Positions 1 to 9,270 of a DNA stretch of 61,559 bases are shown piece by piece (the stretch's first letter is position 1; each line of letters begins with the position of its first letter). The notes beneath the pieces are model-generated. The model saw only the letters and a program-made list of their open reading frames with translations. It ran no database searches and was not told the origin of the DNA. The DNA lies in the NCBI GenBank assembly GCA_026389695.1, contig JAPLHI010000036.1, positions 1 through 61,559 on the forward strand. The letters run 5' to 3'. Origin of the DNA: Chloroflexota bacterium (lineage in GTDB: Bacteria; Chloroflexota; Dehalococcoidia; GIF9; UBA5629). The translations under genes were made by a program, and so were the position numbers.

Positions 1-820
1 GCTGATGACGGGCAGGCACCCGGTTGTTATTCTGAATATCTCCATCCCCCCTGAAGAAGTGGACGTTAATGTTCATCCTACCAAGATCGAGGTGAAGTTC
101 CGCAATAATAATGCAGTTTTCATGGCAGTGGAAAAAGCGCTCAGGCAGACACTTGAGAAAGCGCCGCTGCCTGCTATCCAGATAACTGCAGACCAAGAAG
201 GACAGGCGCTATCTCTGTGGGAGAGGGCTGCGTTGGCCACGGCCGCCCTGCCTGTTTTACGTACCCTGGGACAGCTTTCAGCCAGCTATATACTAGCAGA
301 GGGGCCGGAGGGGCTTTACCTCATCGATCAGCATGCCGCCCATGAGCGTATTCTTTTCGATAAGTTAATTGCGCAGCGGGCTGCCCGTAAACCGGAAATC
401 CAGGGGATGCTGGAACCGCTTGCCATCGAGTTAACGCCCTCGCAGCAACAGGCTTACAGCTTCATCAGTGAACTATTGCATGAATTCGGCTTTGATATTG
501 AACCGTTCGGGGAAAAAACCTACCTGGTAAGAGCAGTTCCTGCCATGCTCAATGCAACCAATCTGACGGATACCTTGAAAGAATTACTTGATACGCTTGG
601 CAGCGAACAGGACAGGGCGCGGCAGGAGCAAAAGGCAGCACAGACGCTGGCCTGCCACAGCGCGGTACGGGCCGGAGAGATACTCGACGTAGAGGAAATG
701 CGGCACCTGATAATCCAGTTGGAACGCACCACACAACCACGCACCTGCCCCCACGGCAGGCCCACCATGATACACCTCAGTGCGCAACAGCTTCGCAAGG
801 AGTTCGGAAGGACCGGTTAA
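1..820 (+). CDS. mutL: DNA mismatch repair protein MutL, C-terminal part (5' end outside window)
   Basis: Frame open to the left window edge, stop at 818-820. Translation has VNVHPTKIEVKF, LYLIDQHAAHERILF, ACHSAVRAG and CPHGRPT blocks typical of MutL. Confidence 0.9.
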   Translation, partial: LMTGRHPVVILNISIPPEEVDVNVHPTKIEVKFRNNNAVFMAVEKALRQTLEKAPLPAIQITADQEGQALSLWERAALATAALPVLRTLGQLSASYILAEGPEGLYLIDQHAAHERILFDKLIAQRAARKPEIQGMLEPLAIELTPSQQQAYSFISELLHEFGFDIEPFGEKTYLVRAVPAMLNATNLTDTLKELLDTLGSEQDRARQEQKAAQTLACHSAVRAGEILDVEEMRHLIIQLERTTQPRTCPHGRPTMIHLSAQQLRKEFGRTG

Positions 821-833
821 CCATATCCCCGTA

Positions 834-856
834 GGGGCAGGTTTTCAAACCCGCCC
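834..856. terminator. GC-rich imperfect stem-loop between convergent mutL and CoA-transferase genes
   Basis: GGGCAGG-TTTTCAAA-CCCGCCC; 6 of 7 stem positions pair; no clear U-tract. Confidence 0.25.
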
Positions 857-889
857 ACGCAATGACATAGCATGTAAATGGATACTGGC

Positions 890-911
890 GGGCGCACCTG
901 AAGGTACGCCC
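890..911. terminator. second GC-rich stem-loop in the same convergent gap
   Basis: GGGCGCACC-TGAA-GGTACGCCC; 8 of 9 stem positions pair. Confidence 0.3.
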
Positions 912-930
912 ATACGTACAACAATGACAT

Positions 931-2703
931 CTAAGATTTAGTGTAATCGCCGCGGGGGTCGAAGAGCCTAACCATCATTTTTTCCTCATGGGACGGCAGG
1001 TCGATTTTCTTGAGCTTGGGCGCAACATCCAGTTCCCATGAAACCACTTTTTTAATGCCTTTGATGGCCTCCTCCTCTTTTAGCGCGGTGGCATAGGGTA
1101 TATAAGCTGTGAGCGTAAACGTCTCCTTACCGTCAAGTTTTTCAAAGATGCCCACGTCGGTGACCAGCGCCTTCACTTTATTGCCCGGATAAGTGATATA
1201 AGGCACCTTTTCCACCAGCCTTTCCTTGCCAGAGGCGCAGAAAGCTATAGTTTCCTGGCTGGTAGTGGCGATGTCATTAGCGCCGCCGGAACCTACCATA
1301 TAAAAAACACCGGGCATCTTGGTTGAGTTCGCGTTCCCGCAAATGTCGACCTGCCCCCCGGCAAGCACGCCCATGCAGGAGTTGGTTGAACCACCCACCA
1401 TCACGCCCAGGGCCGTTTCGATATTGGACAGCATCTTACAGGATATATTATTGTGCATGCTAAAGACTGTGGGATCGGACGGCCTCGGCAGATAGCCGTA
1501 CATGCCTATTTCTGCCACCAGGTCAACATCATATCCTGTTTCTTTGAGCTTGTAGGTGGCCAGCCATGCCGCCAGGTTGGAAAGGCCTATCCCCGCCAGT
1601 ATGGTCTTATATCCCTTCGATTGACATCGCTCCATGATGAACCTGCTGCCGGCAATGACCATCCTCTCCAGCCTGTTGGCTTCCTTATTGAATTCCACCC
1701 CCGGCACAGCAGCCAGGGTTTCCATCACCCAGGAATGAGGTTTGGCTTTGTCCTTGAGGTAACGCAATCTCTCTTTGCCAATCCTCTCGATATACTGCTT
1801 ATGATCACTGCAATTAAGTATCCACTCCTGGATGAAACTCAGGAACTTATTCTCATCCATGGAAGCTTCCCTGATCAGGGTGGCGAACTCATAGTCATCA
1901 AAATATCCCTCGAATTGCGGCACGCCAAAGTTTGGCATCCCACCGGGATGCGCCCCGTAGGGCACTTCGCAGACAGCTTTTACCATGTAGGAAGGAATGC
2001 GAACTACGTGGGCATGGCTGCGTATGTACTCGGTCGGCACAATATTTTCCACACTTACAATAACGCCTTCTTTTGCCGCCCAGGCGCCAAAGGCATCCAC
2101 GCTCAGAGGATAAGATAAAATGGTATTGCCGCTGCGGTCAGCAGCCAGCCCGTGAACCAGCGTAATATCCGGCCGCAAGGCTTTCATCAGTCCTACCTTT
2201 TTTCCTGTGCCAAAGGGAGATTCTATGACTGTGAAAGAATCTTTATTCTCCTCGGCCATGGAACTTCCGATGATTGAATTAGTCGGGATGAAGTCCCAGT
2301 CCATGGCCCCAGCCAGTAAGCGCTGTGTGATGGTGAGCATAGTCCAGTTCTCAAACTCTACAGCGCCGGAGATATAGGCCTTCTGCACCAAGGGGTTGGG
2401 GCCGGGAGTAGGGTAGGAATTGCCGGTGAAACTTACGATAGCTTTCTTAAGCATTTCGCCACGAATGAGCACAAGAAGCAGCCCTGATAAGGAAGGACTT
2501 ATCAGCGTAAAATCAGCTTTCCTACCCCAGAATTCACGCACGAGCTGATAAAATATGGCGCCGCCCTTACCCGCGAAGTGGATGGACATGCCCTCACGCA
2601 CATTTTTTCTGATAGCTTCTTCCAGGGAGCAGACCTTATCTTCACCCTCAATGGGTGGTATGTTGAATTTCTCATCAATAAATTTCTTCAGTTCATCGTT
2701 CAT
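931..2703 (-). CDS. fused two-domain family I CoA-transferase (subunit A-like N-half, subunit B-like C-half)
   Basis: 590-aa ORF. The C-half has an E-x-G catalytic-glutamate context (VAEIGMYGY) and GSGGANDIA. AAGGAGG lies upstream of ATG 2703, and only 18 nt separate it from the preceding gene. Confidence 0.7.
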   Translation of the reverse strand: MNDELKKFIDEKFNIPPIEGEDKVCSLEEAIRKNVREGMSIHFAGKGGAIFYQLVREFWGRKADFTLISPSLSGLLLVLIRGEMLKKAIVSFTGNSYPTPGPNPLVQKAYISGAVEFENWTMLTITQRLLAGAMDWDFIPTNSIIGSSMAEENKDSFTVIESPFGTGKKVGLMKALRPDITLVHGLAADRSGNTILSYPLSVDAFGAWAAKEGVIVSVENIVPTEYIRSHAHVVRIPSYMVKAVCEVPYGAHPGGMPNFGVPQFEGYFDDYEFATLIREASMDENKFLSFIQEWILNCSDHKQYIERIGKERLRYLKDKAKPHSWVMETLAAVPGVEFNKEANRLERMVIAGSRFIMERCQSKGYKTILAGIGLSNLAAWLATYKLKETGYDVDLVAEIGMYGYLPRPSDPTVFSMHNNISCKMLSNIETALGVMVGGSTNSCMGVLAGGQVDICGNANSTKMPGVFYMVGSGGANDIATTSQETIAFCASGKERLVEKVPYITYPGNKVKALVTDVGIFEKLDGKETFTLTAYIPYATALKEEEAIKGIKKVVSWELDVAPKLKKIDLPSHEEKMMVRLFDPRGDYTKS

Positions 2704-2721
2704 AGGCTTGAGCGGCCTCCT

Positions 2722-3174
2722 TCATACTTTGTAGCATACTTCCGGCAGTCTTGTACCGGGGTTGCTTTCCCTTACGTAGCGTAAAAGCTGGTTGGCGCAG
2801 GAAATGGTTATCGTAGCCAGTTCATCACCTTTGATTGCCTTAACTTTTTCGCCGCTATAAAAAGCTCGCACCCGCGCAGGGAACTCTTCATCAGCTTTAT
2901 TAAAGGCGAACAAGATGACAACTCCCGGGAACACTTCTTTGCTAACCGACCAGTCCTCCCCCAGGCCCGGGCTCTCAATCTTTCCGCCCAGGCACGCTGC
3001 AAGCGCCCCAACATCCTCCACATAACTTAAGGCAGCCGCCCTCATTTTGAGCGCTCCCCTGACCTGCGCGGCGTGCGGGCTCACTTTACCTTCTATATCG
3101 GCCAGGCCGATCAGCTTGCTTTGTTTCGTACTCATATTTCCACAGTCTGCAAAGATTTCGTAACTTAATGTCAA
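2722..3174 (-). CDS. small conserved hypothetical protein, DUF3786-like (family often found next to acs/CFeSP genes)
   Basis: 150-aa ORF (TTG 3174; alternative ATG 3135). The segment VFPGVVILFAFNKADEEFPARVRAFYSG resembles the DUF3786 core as I recall it. Packed between cooC and the CoA-transferase. Confidence 0.4.
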   Translation of the reverse strand: MTLSYEIFADCGNMSTKQSKLIGLADIEGKVSPHAAQVRGALKMRAAALSYVEDVGALAACLGGKIESPGLGEDWSVSKEVFPGVVILFAFNKADEEFPARVRAFYSGEKVKAIKGDELATITISCANQLLRYVRESNPGTRLPEVCYKV

Positions 3175-3181
3175 TGTGTTT

Positions 3182-3943
3182 TTATTTTATCTTCAGTCTG
3201 AACAGGATTTCCTGAACAGCCCGGCGGAACGGCGAATCAAGAGGAAGTGTGATGAGCGGCTTGCCCTTAATATCCAGGTCGGAAATATAAGGATCCTCCG
3301 GGATGGTAGCAAAGAGCCCCAGCTCCGACTTTGCAACCGCTTCTTTAATTTCAGGTGGCAGTCCGTTCCTGAGTCTGTTAACAACCAGCAGCACGCCGAC
3401 CTTGATATTGGTGCGCATTTCCCCGGCGAGCTTTTGCAGCCGGATGGCGGTGTTTAAACCCCGCATCGTAGGGTCGGTGACCGCCAGCAGAAAGTCGATA
3501 TCCTTCGTTGTCTGGCGGCTGATGTGCTCCAGCCCGGCCTCGCAGTCCATGACAATATAATCATAGCTTTTAGCCAGCTTGTCTATAGAGAAGCGTATCA
3601 TGTGGTTGGCTGCGCAGTAACAGCCCGGGCCTTCCGGCCGTCCCATGGCCAGCAGGTCAAACCGCGGCGTCTCTACCAGCGATTCGTGAATCCTGGCATC
3701 CAGTATCTCCTGTTTGGAGGCAGCCATGGTGAGCCGTCCGCCTTTTATCTCGTCGGTCATTTTCTCTCTTGTCTTGCCAACTGTGCTGACAAGATCGATA
3801 CCCAGCGCTTCATTGAGGTTAGTGCTGGGGTCAGCATCCACCGCAAGCACAGTCCCCTTGCCGGACAAAAAATCGACGAGTATGGCAGATATAGCTGTTT
3901 TTCCCACACCCCCCTTACCTGCTACTGCGATGGTGACTGACAT
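3182..3943 (-). CDS. cooC: CooC/AcsF-type nickel-insertion ATPase for CODH/ACS
   Basis: N-terminal deviant Walker A AVAGKGGVGKT, MinD/CooC-like fold, and a GPGCYC Cys-x-Cys metal motif. Sits inside the acs block. Confidence 0.85.
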   Translation of the reverse strand: MSVTIAVAGKGGVGKTAISAILVDFLSGKGTVLAVDADPSTNLNEALGIDLVSTVGKTREKMTDEIKGGRLTMAASKQEILDARIHESLVETPRFDLLAMGRPEGPGCYCAANHMIRFSIDKLAKSYDYIVMDCEAGLEHISRQTTKDIDFLLAVTDPTMRGLNTAIRLQKLAGEMRTNIKVGVLLVVNRLRNGLPPEIKEAVAKSELGLFATIPEDPYISDLDIKGKPLITLPLDSPFRRAVQEILFRLKIK

Positions 3944-3947
3944 GGTA

Positions 3948-5867
3948 TTATAGCTCCTTCGAAGGTGTTTCTGGCCTTAATCTGCGGTCTTGCGGAACCA
4001 GGCTGACCGGCGATAATCTTATCACAGCATTATACTCCACCGGGCAGACAAGCTCGCAACTGCCGCACTTGGTGCACTTCGACTGATCTACAACCTTAAG
4101 GCCTTTATCATCGCTGAAAATGGCCTCAACCGGACAGGCCAGCACGCAGTGGTCGCAACCGCGTTCACATTTCTCGGGCAGAATATAATACGCGGTAAGC
4201 TCCTTACAAACTCGTGCCGGACAGCGTTTTTCCAGTACATGGGCTGTATACTCCTCACCAAAGTAACGCAGCGTGGTGAGAACCGGGTTAGGCGCCGTCT
4301 TCCCCAGGCCGCAGAGAGAACCGGATTTAATATCTTCGGCCAGCTCTTTAAGCAAATCAAGATCGGCCGGCGAGGCTTTTCCCCTGGTGGTATTTTCCAG
4401 AATATCGAGCATCTGCCAGGTGCCAATGCGGCAGTGTGTGCATTTGCCACAGGACTCCCTCTGGCTGAAATCTATGAAGAATTTCGCGGTGTCCACCATA
4501 CAGTTGTCCTCGTCCATCACAATGATGCCGCCCGAACCCATGATGCCGCCCGCCTCTTTCAATGAGTCGAAGTCTATGGGAGTGTTCAGCAAACTTTCCG
4601 GCAGGCAGCTGCCGGAGGGGCCTCCGATCTGTACACCTTTGAACTTCTTGCCGCCCCGGATGCCTCCTCCGATGCGGTAAACCATGGTTTCCAGCGTTGT
4701 ACCCATAGGCACTTCCGCCAACCCAGTGTTGTTAAGCTTGCCGGCAAGAGCGAAAAGCGCTGTGCCAGAACTTTGCTTGGTTCCCATACCGGCAAACCAG
4801 CTATCACCATGTTCAATTATCAGTGGAATATAAGCCAGGGTTTTAACGTTATTCACCAGAGTAGGCCTGCCCCATAGGCCGGATTCCGTGGGGTAAGGGG
4901 GACGATATTCCGGCCATGAGCGCCTGCCCTCAATGGCAGCTATCATGGCCGTCTCCTCACCGGATACGAAAGCCCCTGCGCCCCTGACTATTTCAATGCT
5001 GAAGCCAAAGCCGCTATCAAGTATATTTTTGCCCAGCAATCCTTTTTCCTCAGCCTGTGAAAGCGCTGTCTTAAGCCTTTCTATGGCCAGCGGATACTCT
5101 TCCCTGATATAAATAAAACCTTTATGGGCTCCGATAGTATATGCCGCTATCACCATACCCTCCAGAACAGCCTGCGGATTGCTTTCCAGCAGCACCCTGT
5201 CCATGAAGGCGCCCGGGTCGCCTTCATCAGCGTTGCAGATAATATACTTGTGCTTCCCTTTAGCTTTTCGGCATTGTTGCCACTTGGCGGCCGTGGGATA
5301 ACCCGCCCCTCCCCTGCCACGCAGTCCCGATCTATCAATTATCTTGATGATATCCACCGGTTTCACTTTCAGCGCTTTAATCAATCCCCTGTATCCGTTG
5401 CAGGCGATATAATGGTCGATTTCCAACGGCGAGTTGTAGCCGCAGTTACTGAGCAGCAACCGTGTCTCATGAGTAAAACGCTCAAGTTCGGGTATATAAA
5501 CAGCTTCGCCGTCACCACCTGCCACTGTACCCAGGGCAAGTTCCAGGCAGGGATCATCGCCAAGTAAATATCCCTGTACCATTTGAGGCACAACCTGGGG
5601 AGTTACGTGATGATAGCAAACGGAGAAGTCGCCGGGTTTTATGATTATAACCAGCGGCTCGTAAGAACACAGTCCCATACACCCTACTTCCGAGACGCGC
5701 GCCCGGGCATTTTGTCCTTCAATTTCGCGCCTAAAAGCCTCCAGGACGGCCATTGACCCGGCGGCGCGGCCGCAGGTAGCTGTACCCACTAAAACATGAG
5801 GAATTTCGCCGTTATATTGTGATTCCCATCGTGCCCGTGCCTGCCGGTATACTTCATTGAAGGTCAT
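3948..5867 (-). CDS. NuoF/HydB-like NAD(P)H-binding flavoprotein with an N-terminal thioredoxin-like [2Fe-2S] domain and a C-terminal 2x[4Fe-4S] ferredoxin domain
   Basis: GRGGAGYPTAAKW, GEETAMI, ESCGKCTHCRIG and SLCGLG motifs. N-terminus has TATCGRAAG...GCMGLCSYEP. C-terminus has CERGCDHCVLACP and CTKCGSCELVCP. Confidence 0.85.
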   Translation of the reverse strand: MTFNEVYRQARARWESQYNGEIPHVLVGTATCGRAAGSMAVLEAFRREIEGQNARARVSEVGCMGLCSYEPLVIIIKPGDFSVCYHHVTPQVVPQMVQGYLLGDDPCLELALGTVAGGDGEAVYIPELERFTHETRLLLSNCGYNSPLEIDHYIACNGYRGLIKALKVKPVDIIKIIDRSGLRGRGGAGYPTAAKWQQCRKAKGKHKYIICNADEGDPGAFMDRVLLESNPQAVLEGMVIAAYTIGAHKGFIYIREEYPLAIERLKTALSQAEEKGLLGKNILDSGFGFSIEIVRGAGAFVSGEETAMIAAIEGRRSWPEYRPPYPTESGLWGRPTLVNNVKTLAYIPLIIEHGDSWFAGMGTKQSSGTALFALAGKLNNTGLAEVPMGTTLETMVYRIGGGIRGGKKFKGVQIGGPSGSCLPESLLNTPIDFDSLKEAGGIMGSGGIIVMDEDNCMVDTAKFFIDFSQRESCGKCTHCRIGTWQMLDILENTTRGKASPADLDLLKELAEDIKSGSLCGLGKTAPNPVLTTLRYFGEEYTAHVLEKRCPARVCKELTAYYILPEKCERGCDHCVLACPVEAIFSDDKGLKVVDQSKCTKCGSCELVCPVEYNAVIRLSPVSLVPQDRRLRPETPSKEL

Positions 5868-5869
5868 CT

Positions 5870-6364
5870 CTATTTCCGGTTTGCCTTATTTTTCCTGGCG
5901 CCAGCAGGTTTAATCGCCACCAGGACTTCCTCGACCTTTGGCGGCGTCATTCTGGGGAAGACATCTGCTCCGATAGTGAACACCGGGGCCAGGGCGCAGC
6001 AGCCGATACATGCCACTCTTTCCAAACTGAATTCTTGATCTTCACTGGTGCTTCCAATATCGATCTCGAGCTCACGGGCCATAGCCTCCAGCACAAGTTG
6101 ACCGCCTGCAAGGTGACAGGCAGTGCCCATACAAACCCTGGCAGGGTGCCTGCCCAGGGGGGCAAAACGGAACTGGTTATAAAAGGTCGCCACACCCCAG
6201 ACTGCGCTTGCCGGCAGGCCAAGGAACTCTGCCACCTTTAGCATTTCATCCTTAGACAGATAACCCTCCCCGGCCTGTATGTCCTGCAGGATGTCTACCA
6301 GGTGACGCGGATGCCGGCGTTCTTCTGTGAGGATATGTGAAATGGTTTTATTTTTATCGGTCAA
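5870..6364 (-). CDS. NuoE/HydC-like [2Fe-2S] ferredoxin subunit
   Basis: 164 aa, TTG start with GAGGA upstream. Motifs CMGTACHLAGG and ACIGCCALAP (C-x4-C...C-x3-C). The gap to the nuoF-like gene is 2 nt. Confidence 0.85.
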   Translation of the reverse strand: MTDKNKTISHILTEERRHPRHLVDILQDIQAGEGYLSKDEMLKVAEFLGLPASAVWGVATFYNQFRFAPLGRHPARVCMGTACHLAGGQLVLEAMARELEIDIGSTSEDQEFSLERVACIGCCALAPVFTIGADVFPRMTPPKVEEVLVAIKPAGARKNKANRK

Positions 6365-6573
6365 ATTTCATCCTCAGTGCATAAGATCACCACTGGCATT
6401 TGTCTCTTCATGATTATCGTTATTATTTTATGCTATTACAGAGTATGAAGCGAGAAAAATAAATATTAGTCCTTAATGCCCAGCAAGTTCCAAATTCAAT
6501 TGACTGAAATTGATATGAGTTTGCAATTTTACGGCTGCCCAGGATTTACCTTCCAGATTGAGGAGTTTTAGGC

Positions 6574-7941
6574 TCAGCTCTTCCAGCTTTTTACAAGATC
6601 GGGCAAATAGGAGGGAATTTCATTGGCTTCGCGGGGTCCCACAATTATCTCCCAATCAGGTAGGGCCTCCGTCAATTCGTGGCGGATACGGGCGACCTTG
6701 CCCGGTATGATGAGCCGCCTGTGGTTGACCTGCTGCTCGATATTGGATTTCCTGATGAAAGGAGCGATGCTGTCGCCGCTGAACTTACCTGCCGCCCACG
6801 CTGTGAGCACGCCCAGTCCGCCTGCTTCCTTCACACAGAGCCAGGAGGGAACCTTGCTGCTTTCTATCTCTGAGGCAACGATAAAATAGGTCAGCGCCCA
6901 GTTGGTTGTAATCAAAACGGGAGAAGAAGCATCCGGGTTATTGATGGGATAAACCTTCTCCTCCATAGACATGGGAATGCGCGGATCGGTATAAATGTTC
7001 AGCCTTTGCACAAGGAGCGGTAATAGAGAATGTTCATCAATGTGAGAAATCACGATGATTCCCGCGTACTTGATTATGAACATGGCAGCCAACAGCATTT
7101 CGCGCGCTTTATCCCTGGTCATGAAACACGGGAAGGCAACTGTAGGGTACCCGAGTGGACGGAAGTTCTGCTTGAGGGCAGCACGCCTGATAAGAGTTTC
7201 GTCACGTATAGCCGATTTAAGATCTCCCGAATCCGGTGCAAGGAAAATATCCTCAATGCCGGCTTCTTTAAGATGGTTAACCAGAGGTACCAGATCTTCC
7301 ACCGTTGCAGCTTTTAAGGCAGCTGGCGATGGTGTCAATTTGATCGCAGAAATAATTTTTTCAATATTGTCCGTGGTGACAGGGTAAAGCAGTGGTTTCT
7401 TTTCAGCGCAGATAGCGTGGGCGGCCAGCAAGGCATCGGTATTCTCCGAAATCAACATCAGTGGACAATCAACTGAACCGGATACCCTTTTTACCAGTGC
7501 CTGGTACTTAGCAGGATCGCCTGAACTGTATTGTAAGGCGAGCATATCCGCCTTCAAGGTTTTACCCACCCAGCTGAATTTCAGCTCTGTGAGCTTTCTG
7601 GTTTTTTCTTCTATTGCCGATTCAGGTTCGTCATCAGAGATCATGAAAGCTATAGCAGGCTGGTGAACAAACGTCTTTTCATGCCTGTAAAGCACCTGCT
7701 CATCTCCCACCAGCACAGCGTCACTGCCGGTTCCAACGGTCACCGGCTTTATAGGTGGAGACAGCGCATCCTCGAGCTCGAGTTTAACAGCAGGGTCAAT
7801 ATAGGGGCATTTATCCAGTACAATGCCGCCCGAGGCCAGCTTCATGGCAAAGGCAAAGCAAGTGGGTAATCCGCATTCTTTGCAGTTTTTCTTGCCGCCT
7901 TCCGGCAGTTTCTTGACGATATCAGTGCCTTTGATAGCCAA
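6574..7941 (-). CDS. acsC: corrinoid iron-sulfur protein large subunit (AcsC / CdhE)
   Basis: N-terminal C-x2-C-x4-C-x16-C motif (CKECGLPTCFAFAMKLASGGIVLDKCPY) followed by TIM-barrel and corrinoid-binding regions; 455 aa. Confidence 0.9.
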   Translation of the reverse strand: MAIKGTDIVKKLPEGGKKNCKECGLPTCFAFAMKLASGGIVLDKCPYIDPAVKLELEDALSPPIKPVTVGTGSDAVLVGDEQVLYRHEKTFVHQPAIAFMISDDEPESAIEEKTRKLTELKFSWVGKTLKADMLALQYSSGDPAKYQALVKRVSGSVDCPLMLISENTDALLAAHAICAEKKPLLYPVTTDNIEKIISAIKLTPSPAALKAATVEDLVPLVNHLKEAGIEDIFLAPDSGDLKSAIRDETLIRRAALKQNFRPLGYPTVAFPCFMTRDKAREMLLAAMFIIKYAGIIVISHIDEHSLLPLLVQRLNIYTDPRIPMSMEEKVYPINNPDASSPVLITTNWALTYFIVASEIESSKVPSWLCVKEAGGLGVLTAWAAGKFSGDSIAPFIRKSNIEQQVNHRRLIIPGKVARIRHELTEALPDWEIIVGPREANEIPSYLPDLVKSWKS

Positions 7942-7952
7942 TTTTCTCTCCT

Positions 7953-9182
7953 TTAAACAGGAAGCTTTATCTCGCCTTTGACCCAGGGGTGCTCTACACG
8001 GTCGAGGAATTCCACAAGCTCCTCAACATTATGGACGTCATTTTCAGTGGCAATCTTATCGTACAAATCCATGGGACAGGCATCGCGGAAAAGTTCTTTG
8101 ATAATCTGCGGCATCCAGACAATCCTGTACCAGCCGCCGTCGGCTTTGAGAAAGCTGGGAGAGCGAAGGTATTCCAACGCTATGCCCAGGAAGCCCTCCA
8201 CCTGCCGTCCGCCGCTGGTATCGCCGGCCAGGGTAGTAAAAGGGGCGCCGATGACGGTATCTCCTTCGAAATCCCGGTGCACGATGCCGAAGGCATCAAC
8301 CTCAGGAATATAGAAGCAAATTGCCTGGAAACAACCGCAGGAGGTATGCGGGTAAGCGAAGGCGCTGTGCAAATAGACCTTGTTGTAAGCTCCCATAGAC
8401 TTCTCCAGAGCCAGTTGATTAGCGCCGGTATACTCGCCGCGAACCGCATCGAGAATTTCACCCTTTTTAACAGCCTGAATGGGTCCCTCCGGGTCGAGCT
8501 GGTAGGCCGCTTTACCATCAAACCAGTTAATGGCGCCGCAGTTTGCAATACGCTCCGGTGTAATGCAACAGATATGTGTGGGAGCGAAACTCTGGCACAG
8601 CGCGCAACTGTAGAACTCCTCAACATCAGCCTCACGCAAGCCTCGCGCTTTCTCATCGCGGGCGCCGTAGACCTGCATGGCACGCGGCAGCAGCTCTTCT
8701 ACCTTCGAGCCATCTGTGATAAATGTAACCTGTATCTTTTCTATGATATCTATTTCCGAGCTATACAAAAATATGAGCATGTCGCCGAGTATTTTCAGTG
8801 AATTCAAACCTTTGTTGAAAGAGTCCTTGCGCAGGCGTATCCAGATATCCTGCCGCTGGTTCATATGATATACACCCTCAATATAATTCAGATAAAGGTG
8901 CAGCCTCCGTTCCAGCACAGGTTCAATGTCTTTTTCCAGGCGTGAGCCGCCAATTTCAACCAGAAGAGCTATAGGCTGGCTGCTTTCCTCCGGAAATTCA
9001 GCGATATCAGGACCAACGACCTCCACTTTTTCGTGGACAATTTCGGCGGGTTCTTTAATGGCTACCAGTTCGAACTTGCTGCGCACATTGGGGCCACCGA
9101 ACTCAATGCGCATGTCCGTTTTTCTGATAACCTCGCCCTCGTACTGGGGCCCTATATCAACCGGGAAAACTCCTTCCGTCAT
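7953..9182 (-). CDS. acsB: acetyl-CoA synthase catalytic subunit, short archaeal CdhC-like form of AcsB
   Basis: A-cluster motifs are intact: CALCQSFAPTHICCITPERIANC (C-x2-C-x8-C-x9-C) and HTSCGCF (Cys-Gly-Cys). At 409 aa it lacks the long N-terminal domain of bacterial AcsB. Confidence 0.9.
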   Translation of the reverse strand: MTEGVFPVDIGPQYEGEVIRKTDMRIEFGGPNVRSKFELVAIKEPAEIVHEKVEVVGPDIAEFPEESSQPIALLVEIGGSRLEKDIEPVLERRLHLYLNYIEGVYHMNQRQDIWIRLRKDSFNKGLNSLKILGDMLIFLYSSEIDIIEKIQVTFITDGSKVEELLPRAMQVYGARDEKARGLREADVEEFYSCALCQSFAPTHICCITPERIANCGAINWFDGKAAYQLDPEGPIQAVKKGEILDAVRGEYTGANQLALEKSMGAYNKVYLHSAFAYPHTSCGCFQAICFYIPEVDAFGIVHRDFEGDTVIGAPFTTLAGDTSGGRQVEGFLGIALEYLRSPSFLKADGGWYRIVWMPQIIKELFRDACPMDLYDKIATENDVHNVEELVEFLDRVEHPWVKGEIKLPV

Positions 9183-9270
9183 TCTGTCCCCCGTCGTTCA
9201 GATTTTATGTCCTGTGGTCGTTTTATTGTATGTTTGTTGTTTTCAGTAATTATAGCGCAAGATTTATATA

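Noticed and set aside
6365-6573. The 209-nt AT-rich spacer inside the acs block, checked for a riboswitch, small ORF or terminator. A 16-codon ORF MKRQMPVVILCTEDEI overlaps the nuoE-like start.
   Set aside because: I saw no convincing hairpin with U-tract, no conserved riboswitch motif and only weak promoter hexamers. The mini-ORF has no RBS. It is most likely just an internal promoter region.
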